Assembly (NCBI GenBank): GCA_015134435.1
Contig: CP043989.1
Location: 1-32,000 of the forward strand
Direction of reading: 5' to 3'
DNA length: 32,000 nt
Origin: Candidatus Saccharimonadota bacterium
Lineage (GTDB): Bacteria > Pseudomonadota > Gammaproteobacteria > Enterobacterales > Enterobacteriaceae
Shown piece after piece: positions 23,085-32,000 of this stretch. The notes beneath the pieces were generated by a model, which did not search any database, was not told the origin of the DNA, and was given only the letters and a program-made list of their open reading frames with translations. The position numbers and the translations under genes are program-made. Each line of letters begins with the position of its first letter. Position 1 is the first letter of the stretch.

Positions 23085-23395
23085 TAATTTTTTAATTTTA
23101 AATTATTTTTTATTTTTTTTGATAATTTATTTAAAATTGAATAATTAATATATTTTTTTTTATAATTTCATATTAATTGTAATTCTGATAAATATAAATA
23201 TATAGGATAACCATTATTATCTTGTATAATGACATGATATCATGGATATTTATTAAATTTTTTTATATTATTTAAATTTTTATTTTTTTTTTTTGATAAA
23301 GAGTATTTTATATCTATATCTATTATAATTCCTAAAAATCCTAATAATTTATGTCTTACTTTTTGTCCTATATTAAATTTACTTGATTTAATCAT
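23084..23395 (-). CDS. hspQ: Heat-shock protein HspQ (YccV family); needs TGA=Trp; absent from the supplied ORF track
   Basis: Manual translation gives [34 protein letters not shown]...[27 protein letters not shown]... This compares with E. coli [32 protein letters not shown]...[25 protein letters not shown]. The W of PWYHV is encoded by TGA. The gene is 103 aa. Its stop TAA 23086-84 overlaps the acpS ATG (TAATG). Confidence 0.78.
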
Positions 23396-23514
23396 TTAAA
23401 ATAATTATACTATATTTAATATTTATATATATATATATTAATAATTAATAATATTTTATTATATAATATATATTATTATATATAATTATTTAATTATTAA
23501 TAAATAGAGGATTT

Positions 23515-23841
23515 ATGAATCAAAAAATTATTAATATTGATGATAATTCTTTTAATAATAAAGTTTTATTAAGTAAAAAATGTGTTTTAGTTATTTTTTG
23601 GTCTGATTTATGTAGTCCATGTAAATTATTAATATCTTTATTAAAAGATATTTATAAAAATTATATTAATAAAATAATTTTTTTTAAATTAAATATAAAT
23701 AAATCTAATATTATAATTAAAAAATATAATATTAGTAGTATTCCTACAATTATGTTATTTAATAAAGGTGTTTTATTATCAACTAAAATAGGTCTTTTAA
23801 GTAAAAATAAATTAATTAATTTTTTAAATTTATATATTTAA
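23515..23841 (+). CDS. trxA: Thioredoxin (active site LCSPC instead of WCGPC)
   Basis: A 108-aa ORF. VLVIFWSDLCSPCKLL compares with E. coli ILVDFWAEWCGPCKMI, and SIPTIMLFNKG is also present. It has a GAGGA Shine-Dalgarno site and sits directly upstream of rho, as in E. coli. Confidence 0.85.
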   Translation: MNQKIINIDDNSFNNKVLLSKKCVLVIFWSDLCSPCKLLISLLKDIYKNYINKIIFFKLNINKSNIIIKKYNISSIPTIMLFNKGVLLSTKIGLLSKNKLINFLNLYI

Positions 23842-23893
23842 ATATAATTTATTTTTATTTTATTTTTCAATTAATAATTAATTATTATTTATT

Positions 23894-25153
23894 ATGAATC
23901 TTACACGATTAAAAAATATGTCAGTTTCTAAATTAGTTATTATTGGTAAAAAAAATGGTTTAGAAAATTTAGCTAGAATGCGTAAACAAGATATTATTTT
24001 TTCTATATTAAAACAACATTGTAAAGGTGGAGAAGATATTTTTGGTAATGGTGTATTAGAAATATTACAAGATGGATTTGGTTTTTTAAGATCTTCAGAT
24101 AGTTCTTATTTAGCTGGACCAGATGATATTTATGTTTCTCCTAGTCAAATACGTAAATTTAATTTAAGAACAGGTGATACTATTTCTGGTAAAATACGTC
24201 CTCCTAAAAAAACAGAACGTTATTTTGCATTATTAAAAATTAATACTGTTAATTATGATAAACCTGATAATATTAAAAATAAAATTTTATTTGAAAATTT
24301 AACTCCTTTACATACTAATTATCGTTTATATATGGAAATTGGTAATGGTTCTAAAGAAGATATTACTTGTCGTGTATTAGATTTAGCTTCTCCTATAGGT
24401 AGAGGACAAAGAGGATTAATAGTAGCTCCACCTAAAGCTGGAAAAACTATTTTATTACAAAATATTGCAAAAAGTATTAGTTATAATCATTCTGATTGTG
24501 TTTTAATAGTTTTATTAATTGATGAAAGACCTGAAGAAGTAACTGAAATGTATAGATTAGTTAAAGGAGAAGTAATTGCTTCTACTTTTGATGAACCAGC
24601 TTTAAGACATATACAAGTTTCTGAAATGGTTATTGAAAAAGCAAAAAGATTAGTAGAACATAAAAAAAATGTTATTATATTATTAGATTCTATAACTAGA
24701 TTAGCAAGAGCATATAATACTACAGTTCCATCTTCTGGTAAAATTTTAACAGGTGGTATAGATTCTAATGCTTTACATAGACCTAAAAGATTTTTTGGTG
24801 CTGCTAGAAATGTTAAAGAAGGTGGTAGTTTAACTATAATAGCTACTGCGTTAATTGATACAGGTTCTAAAATGGATGAAGTAATTTATGAGGAATTTAA
24901 AGGAACTGGAAATATGGAATTACATTTATCTAGAAAAATAGCAGAAAAAAGAGTTTTTCCAGCTATAGATTATAATAGATCTGGTACTCGTAGAGAAGAA
25001 TTATTAACTTCTTTAAATGAATTACAAAAAATTTGAATTTTAAGAAGAATAATTCAACCTATGAATGAAGTAGATGCTATGGAATTTTTAATTAAAAAAT
25101 TATCTATGACTAAAACAAATGATGAATTTTTTGATATGATGAAAAGATATTAA
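23894..25153 (+). CDS. rho: Transcription termination factor Rho; needs TGA=Trp
   Basis: 419 aa, near-colinear with and highly similar to E. coli Rho. Shared motifs include GFGFLR and the Walker A motif [11 protein letters not shown] 25034-36 falls at the Trp of LQKMWILRK (here LQKIWILRR). TAA lies at 25151-53. Confidence 0.97.
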
Positions 25154-25193
25154 TAGTTTTTTAAATTATTATATTATATAATTAATCAATTAT

Positions 25194-25267
25194 GGTGGTT
25201 ATAACTCAGTTGGTAGAGTTCTAGATTGTGGTTCTAGATGTCATGGGTTCAATTCCCATTAACCACC
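25194..25267 (+). tRNA. tRNA-His (GUG) with encoded G-1
   Basis: Manual cloverleaf: G GTGGTTA TA ACTC AGTTGGTA GAGT T CTAGA TTGTGGT TCTAG ATGTC ATGGG TTCAATT CCCAT TAACCAC C. G-1 pairs with C73. Confidence 0.88.
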
Positions 25268-25271
25268 TTAT

Positions 25272-25345
25272 CGGTGAGTAGCGCAGTTTGGTAGCGCAAC
25301 TGGTTTGGGACTAGTAGGTCAGAGGTTCAAATCCTCTCTCGCCGA
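25272..25345 (+). tRNA. tRNA-Pro (UGG)
   Basis: Manual cloverleaf: CGGTGAG TA GCGC AGTTTGGTA GCGC A ACTGG TTTGGGA CTAGT AGGTC AGAGG TTCAAAT CCTCT CTCGCCG A. Confidence 0.88.
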
Positions 25346-25360
25346 TTTATATTTTATTTT

Positions 25361-26980
25361 ATGAAAAATATTTTAGTTACTTGTGCATTTCCTTATGCAA
25401 ATGGTCCTATACATATAGGACATATTTTAGAACATATACAAGCTGATATATGAGTAAGATATCAAAAATTATTAGGTAATAAAGTTTATTTTATATGTGC
25501 TGATGATTCTCATGGTACAGCTGTAATGCTTAAATCTAATGAATTAAATTTATTACCAGAAGTTATGATTGAAAATATTTTAAAAGATCATAAAAAACAA
25601 TTTAAAAAATTTAATATAATTCATGATATTTATTATACTACTCATAATAAATTTAATTATTTTTATTGTTTATTGTTATTAAATAATTTAAAAATTAATA
25701 AATTATTATATAAAAAAAATATTTATCAATTTTATGATATATATAAAAATATATTTTTGCCTGATAGATTTTTAAAAGGTCAATGTCCTAAATGTAAAAA
25801 ATATAACCAATATGGTGATATTTGTAATTTTTGTAATAAAATATATAATTCTTTTGATTTAATTAATCCTAAATCTTTATTATCAAATACTATTCCAGTA
25901 TTAAAAAAAACGAATCATTTGTTTATTAATATAAAAAAATATAAAAAATTTTTATTTAATTGAATATTAGTTTCTGGTTTTCAAAGTGAAGTAAAAAATC
26001 AATTATTATTTTGATTAGATAATGATGATTTAATTGATTGAAATATTTCTCGTGATTTTCCTTATTTTGGTTTTAAAATACCTAATAAATATATTTTAAA
26101 TAAGTTTTTTTATGTTTGATTAGATGCTCCATTAGGATATATTAGTGTTTTTAAAAAATTTTGTTATTTAAATTATAATTATTCTAAATTCTATGATTTT
26201 TGAAAAAATGATAATGATTATGAAATTTATCATTTTATTGGTAAAGATATATTATATTTTCATGGTTTATTATGACCTATAATGTTAGATGTATTAGATT
26301 TTAAAAAACCTACAAATATTATAGTTCATGGACATATTAAAATAAATGGTCATAAAATGTCTAAATCTGAAAATAATTTTATTAGTACTAAAAAATGATT
26401 AAAATATTTTGATTCTGATAGTTTAAGATATTATTTTGCAAGTAAATTATCTTTTAAAATAAATGATATAAATTTATGTATAAATGATTTTTTAAAAACT
26501 ATTAATTGTAATCTTGTAAATAATTATATTAATATTGCTTCTAGAATATATCCTTTTATAAATAAATATTATAATAATAATTTATCAAATAAATTATTAG
26601 ATTATAATTTTTATAATTTTTTTTTAAATAAATATGATTTAATAAACAATTATTTTTTAAATTTTAATTATTATAAAATTATTTTAGAAATAAATAAGTT
26701 AGTTAGTTTAGTAAATAAATATATTAATGATTATAAACCTTGATTAATTTGTAAAAATTTAAAAAAAAGATATGAATTACATAAATTTTGTACTACTATA
26801 ATAAATATTTTTGCTATTATTTCTATTTATTTATGTCCTATAATTCCTAATATTTTTAATAAAATAGAGAAATTTTTAAATATTAAATTATATTGAAAAA
26901 AAATACAAATTCCTATTTTAAATCATAAAATAAATAAATATAAAAAAATATATAAATATATAAATAAAAATATATTTTAA
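25361..26980 (+). CDS. metG: Methionyl-tRNA synthetase, lacking the C-terminal tRNA-binding/dimerisation domain; needs TGA=Trp
   Basis: [31 protein letters not shown] has its W encoded by TGA 25451-53 (E. coli ADVWVRY). Also seen are the zinc knuckle CPKC...[36 protein letters not shown] and KPW, with further W positions encoded by TGA. TAA lies at 26978-80. The protein is 539 aa. Confidence 0.93.
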
Positions 26981-27245
26981 TAATTTTATAAATTATTTTA
27001 ATTAAGAGTAATAAATATGAATAATTTAATTATTTAAAATATAATTAATAAATTTAATTTTGTATTAATAATTTTATTTTGTATTAGATAAATATATATG
27101 TTTTGTAAAAATAATTATTTAAAAAAAAATTAAAAAATGATAAATTTATAATTTTAGTTTTAAAAAAATTTAAAATGATTTAATAAATAATAATATATTA
27201 AATATTATTTTTAATAAAAAATTTAATAATTTTTAATTTATAAAA

Positions 27246-28457
27246 ATGAAAATTTTTCTTGTTGGAGGAGCGGTACGTGATAAATTATTAGGATTAAATA
27301 TACGTGATAAAGATTGAGTTATTGTTGGTGGTACTTATAAAAAAATGATAAATTTAGGTTTTATACCTATTGGTAATGATTTTCCTGTATTTTTACATCC
27401 TATTACTTATGAAGAATATGCTTTAGCACGTACTGAAAAAAAAATTAATAAAGGTTATAAAGGTTTTTTATGTAATTTTTCAAAAAATATAACTTTAAAA
27501 GAAGATTTATATAGAAGAGATTTAACTATAAATGCTATAGCTTTAGATAAAAAAGGTATATATTATGATTTTTTTGGTGGTATAAATGATATTAAAAATA
27601 GAATTATTAGACATGTTTCTTATCATTTTTCTGAAGATCCTTTAAGGGTTTTAAGAATAATTAAAATTTATTCTTTTTATTATAAATTTGGTTTTTATAT
27701 TCATAAAAAAACTTTATTATTAATTAAAAAAATTGTTATTTCTGGTGAACTTTTATATTTAAAATCTGAAAGAATATGATTAGAAACTAAAAAAGTAATT
27801 AATAAATGTAATTTATATATTTATTTTAATTTATTAAATAAATTAAATATAAATAATATTATTTATCCTGAAATTTTATTAATTTTTAATAATAAAAAAA
27901 TAAAATATTATTTTAAATTTATTTTTAATAATAAAAATTTTTATAAATTAGGTTTAAATTTAAATTTATTATGTTTATTTATTTTTTTTAATCATTCAAT
28001 ATTATCGAAAAAATATTTTTGTAATAAAGATTATACTTTAAATATAGTTTATTCTTTTTGTCAAAGATTAAAATTACCTAAAAAAAATTATATTTTATTT
28101 AAATATATATATTTTTTTTTAAAAAAAAATTTTTTTTTTAATAATAAAATATTATCTATTTTTATATTAAATTTATTTAATAAAATTAATATTTGACGTA
28201 ATAAATACATTATTAATTATATTTTTAAATTTATTAAAATAATAAATTTATTACCTTTAAAGAATAAAATATTTATTTTTTTAAAAAAATATTTTTTTAA
28301 AATATATTATATTATTAATAATATAAAAAATAAATATTTAATTAAATTAGGTTATTATGGTATTAATATAAGTAAAAAAATAAAATTTTTTAGATATAAA
28401 AAAATTTATTATTTTTTAAAAAAAGAAAATTTAAATTTTTTATATAAAAAAAATTAA
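27246..28457 (+). CDS. cca: CCA-adding tRNA nucleotidyltransferase; needs TGA=Trp
   Basis: [28 protein letters not shown] has its W encoded by TGA 27315-17 (E. coli DRDWVVVG). DFPVFLHPITYEEYALARTEKK and RRDLTINA are also present. TGAs at 27777-79 and about 28195 are read through. TAA lies at 28455-57. Confidence 0.9.
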
Positions 28458-29467
28458 AAATTTTCACCTATTTTTCAATTAGGTTTTATTTTAATTAATA
28501 AATTATTTTTATTTATATTATTTGTAATATATTTTATATATCCAGTATAAGCTATCATTGCTGCATTATCTGTACATAATTTTTTATTAGGAAAAAATAT
28601 TTTTATATTATATTTTTTTTTTAATAAATTTATTTTTTTTCTTAATTTTTTATTTGAACTTACTCCTCCTACAATACTAATTTTATTTATTTTATATTTT
28701 TTATATGCATTTATACATTTTATAATTAATATATCTGTTATTGTTTCTTCTAAAGAATAAGCTATATCATATTTAAATTGTAAATTTATTTTTTTTTTTT
28801 TAATAAAATTAATTATATATGTTTTTAATCCAGAAAAACTAAAATTAAAATTATTTTTATTTAATGTAATGGGTTTTGGAAAATTAAATTTATTTTTACC
28901 TAATTTTGCAAATTTAGAAATTTTTTTACCAGCTGGATATTTTAAATTAATTATATTTCCTATTTTATCAAAAGTTTCTCCTGCTGAATCATCTAAAGAA
29001 TTACCTATAATTTTATATTTATTAAAATTATAAACTATTACTAAAATTGTATTTGCTCCTGATGTTATTAATGTTATAAATGGAAAATTTGGTTTTTTTT
29101 TTGAAATCATTATTGACATTATATGACCCTCTATATGATTTATAGGTATACATGGTATTTTATATAAAAAAGATAAAGTATTTGCTATAGTAGCTCCTAT
29201 TATTAATGAACTTGATAATCCTGGTCCAGCTGTAAATGCTATTATTTTTATATTATTTAATTTTATTAAAGTTTTTTTAATAATTTTTTTAATTAATTTT
29301 ATAATTTTTTTAGAATGATTTTTAGATGCTATATCAGGAACTACACCTCCATATTTAGAATGTATATAAGCTTGACTATATATTTTATTAATTATTATAC
29401 CTTTTTTATTATCATATAAAGATATACTAGTTTCATCACATGAAGTTTCAATACCTAGAATAATCAT
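28454..29467 (-). CDS. tsaD: tRNA N6-adenosine threonylcarbamoyltransferase TsaD (Gcp/YgjD); needs TGA=Trp at the C-terminus
   Basis: MIILGIETSCDETS, HIEGHI and GGVSSN are present. The track stop TGA 28475-77 aligns with the conserved C-terminal Trp (E. coli RPRWPL). TAA lies at 28454-56. The gene is divergent from rpsU, as in E. coli. Confidence 0.92.
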
Positions 29468-29570
29468 TTTTATATATTAGTTGTAGTTAATATTAATTGT
29501 TGTTTATTATAATACTAGAATTATATATAAAATTGTATATAATATATATATTATATATTACAATTGTTTA

Positions 29571-29576
29571 AAGGAA
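29571..29576 (+). promoter_or_regulatory. Shine-Dalgarno-like AAGGAA for rpsU
   Basis: AAGGAA lies 5 nt upstream of ATG 29582. This supports the ATG start over the TTG at 29564 used by the ORF track. Confidence 0.45.
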
Positions 29577-29581
29577 TTTTT

Positions 29582-29794
29582 ATGCCAATTATTAAAATAA
29601 GAGAAAATGAACCTTTTGATATAGCTTTACGTAGATTTAAAAGATCTTGTGAAAAATCAGGTATTTTAACTGAAATAAAAAAAAGAGAATTTTATGAAAA
29701 ACCAACTACAAAAAAAAAAAAAGCTAAAGCTTTAGCAATAAAAAGAAGAATAAAAAATAAATTTATTAGAAATAAAAATAAAAGAATAAAATAA
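29582..29794 (+). CDS. rpsU: 30S ribosomal protein S21
   Basis: [43 protein letters not shown] is nearly identical to E. coli S21. The true N-terminus is MPII, not the upstream TTG extension. Confidence 0.95.
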   Translation: MPIIKIRENEPFDIALRRFKRSCEKSGILTEIKKREFYEKPTTKKKKAKALAIKRRIKNKFIRNKNKRIK

Positions 29795-29809
29795 TTATTA
29801 ATTTTTTAA

Positions 29810-31540
29810 ATGAAATATATTTCTCGTAGTTTTATAAATAAATTATTATGTTATACTAATATAGTTAAAGTTATATCATCTAAAATTAATGTTAAAAAAG
29901 TTGGTAATAAATATATAGCTTTTTGTCCTTTTCATTTAGAAAAAAATCCTTCATTTGTAATTAATGAAAATGATAAATATTATTATTGTTTTGGATGTAA
30001 AACTTATGGAAATATAATAGATTTTTTAATGCGTTTTAATCATATAAATTTTTTAGATAGTATAAAAGAATTATGTAATATTAATTGTTTAGATTTTAAA
30101 TTTAATTATTTAAATTATAATAAAAAGTTATATGATAATAAAAATTATTATTTAAAATTAATTTTAAAAATTTGTAATATTTATCATAATTCTTTATTAT
30201 TTGATAAAGAATCTTTTTTTGTTAAAAATATATTATTTAATAGAGGTATTAATATTAAATTAATAAAATTTTTTTTAATTGGTTATTCTTCTAAAAAAAT
30301 AATAAATAAAATAAATTATTATTTTAATAAAAATGAAATTAAATTTTTTATTAAATTAGGTATTTTAAAAAAAAAATCAAATAAAATTTATGATAGTTTA
30401 TATAATCGTATTATATTTCCTATATATGATATTTATAATAGAATTATAGCTTTTAGTGGTCGTACGATTTATAAAAATTATAAATATAAGTATATTAATA
30501 TTAAAAAAAATTTATATTTTAATAAAAAATATTGTTTATATGGTTTTAATTATATTAGAAAAAAAAATTTAAAATTAAATAAAATATTAATAGTAGAAGG
30601 TTATTTTGATGTAATAACTTTAAATAAATATGGTATATATTATGTAGTTGGTTTATTAGGATCTCATATATGTATTAAACAAATTATTTTTTTATATAAT
30701 TATACTAATAAAATTATTTTTTGTTATGATGGAGATGAATCTGGTTTAATATCTACTAAAAAAACATTATTTTTAATGTTAAAATATATTAATTTAAATA
30801 AAAAATTATATTTTATTTTTTTACCTTCAAATTATGATCCTGATTTATTTATTAGAGAAAATGGAATTTTAAATTTTAAAAATAAGATTAATAAAGCTAA
30901 ATCATTGTATGATATATTATGTTATTGTATATTAAAAAAAAATTGTTTTTCTTATGAAAATAAAATTTTTTTTGTAAATAAATTTTTATCTTTTATTAAT
31001 AAAATAAATTCTCCTTTAATAAAATTATTTTTATATAATAAATTATATAAAAAAGTTGGATTAAATCAAAATAAAATTATTAGTATAATAAAAAATTTTT
31101 ATAATAATAAAATATTTATTAAAAATAATAATATTTTTCGTTATTTAATAAGTATATTATTAAAATATACTTATTTATCTAATTATATAAATATAAATGA
31201 TAAAATATTTAATTTAATATATATATATAATTTATCTTTATTTTTAAAAATTGTTAATATATGTTTATTTAATAATAATATATCTATATTAGGTATTATG
31301 AATTATTTTAATAATAATAGAATAAAATTTTATATAGAATATTTATATATAAATAATTTTATATATATAAAAAAAAATAATGAAAAATTTGTTTTTTTTA
31401 ATATTTTAAATAAATTAAAAATTTTTTTAATTAATAAAAAAATAAATTTTTATTATTCAAAGTATTCTATATCTAAATGAAATATAAAAAGAAAAAAAAA
31501 AATATGAAATTTAATTAAATTAAAAAATTTTATTTTATAA
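29810..31540 (+). CDS. dnaG: DNA primase; needs TGA=Trp near the C-terminus
   Basis: Features seen are the zinc ribbon CPFHLEKNPSFVIN...YYCFGCKTYGNIIDF, FPIYDIYNRIIAFSGR and the TOPRIM motifs LIVEGYFDVI and CYDGDESG. TGAs at 31478-80 and 31505-07 are read through. TAA lies at 31538-40. Confidence 0.92.
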
Positions 31541-31665
31541 TTTTTTTAAAAAATTATAATTATTTTAAATTATAATTTAAATAAATATTTATTATAAATA
31601 ATAAATTTATAATATAATATAAATATATTAATATTTAATTAAAATTAATAATTTATAAAATTTAT

Positions 31666-32000
31666 ATGATTAAAATGAATAAAATAAATTTATTAACTAG
31701 AAAAGATGAAATAAATATAGCTAAACGTATTGAAAAAAATATTTATAATACTCAATTTTATTTAGCTAAATTATTTAAATCTATATATTTTTTTTTAAAT
31801 CAATATTATTTAGTAAAAAAAGGTAAATTACGTTTATCTGATTTAATAATAGGATTTACTGATTATGATTTGAATTATTATATTAATAATAATATTAAAA
31901 AAAAAAAAAATAATAAAAATTTATATATAAATTTTATAAATTTCAGTATTATTGAAAAAAAATTTAATTATTTAATTTTTCAATATAATATATTAAAAAA
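31666..32000 (+). CDS. rpoD: RNA polymerase sigma-70, 3'-partial; starts at region 1.2 (no region 1.1)
   Basis: MIKMNKINLLTRKDEINIAKRIEKN...LRLSDLIIGFTD aligns with E. coli sigma-70 from about residue 95 (VELLTREGEIDIAKRIEDG...ARLSDLITGFVD). An in-frame TAA at 31636-38 prevents any longer N-terminus. The gene follows rpsU-dnaG. Confidence 0.88.
   Translation, partial: MIKMNKINLLTRKDEINIAKRIEKNIYNTQFYLAKLFKSIYFFLNQYYLVKKGKLRLSDLIIGFTDYDLNYYINNNIKKKKNNKNLYINFINFSIIEKKFNYLIFQYNILK

Noticed and set aside
26981-27245. The metG-cca spacer with a short duplicated motif (ttttgtatta twice, around 27058-27090), as a possible small RNA or regulatory repeat
   Set aside because: The match is only about 10 nt. 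There is no supporting secondary structure or conservation evidence. It is consistent with chance in low-complexity sequence.
29531-29565. An imperfect AT-rich palindrome (aattgtatataat...attatatattacaatt) in the tsaD/rpsU divergent spacer, as a possible operator
   Set aside because: The symmetry needs a bulge and consists mostly of TA repeats. Such near-palindromes are expected by chance at this base composition.
29564-29581. The TTG-initiated N-terminal extension of rpsU (MFKGIF) given in the ORF track
   Set aside because: S21 homologues begin MPVIKVRENE. ATG 29582 is preceded by AAGGAA at ideal spacing. The extension is therefore unlikely to be translated.

Overview
This window is extremely AT-rich: roughly 10-15% GC by eye (not computed), and about 1-2% GC in some spacers. 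It is a gene-dense, purely housekeeping stretch of a massively reduced proteobacterial genome of the obligate-endosymbiont type. I can support 29 protein genes, 12 tRNAs and the smpB-ssrA pair. The protein genes cover translation, RNA turnover, chaperones, tRNA modification and the replication/transcription core. I see no mobile elements, CRISPR, defence, toxin or secondary-metabolite loci, so I do not claim a novel gene cassette. Protein sequences (GroEL, Rho, DeaD, ValRS, MetRS) look Enterobacterales-like when compared from memory with E. coli. So do the collapsed neighbourhoods cca..tsaD/rpsU-dnaG-rpoD, trxA-rho, grpE..smpB-ssrA, tilS..proS, infB-rbfA-truB and rpsO-pnp-deaD. The most interesting signal is the decoding system. 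The supplied standard-code ORF track fragments 15 of the 29 genes. Each becomes one intact frame if TGA is read as Trp, and many of these TGAs sit at Trp positions conserved in E. coli homologues (genetic code 4). The only tRNA-Trp in the window nevertheless has anticodon CCA, not UCA. It carries a U11-A24 D-stem pair, the configuration of the classical Hirsh UGA suppressor. Other notable points:
- A PolA reduced to its 5'-nuclease domain, whose ATG is out of frame across an A9 tract.
- Two CDS 3' ends that run antisense into tRNA genes.
- Convergent genes that share stop-codon bases.
- A sigma-70 without region 1.1.
- An in-frame 24-nt tandem repeat in infB.
- Spacers of about 440 bp that are almost pure A/T.
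- No tRNA gene encodes its 3' CCA, while cca is retained.
All homology statements rest on manual translation and remembered reference sequences. No searches were run.
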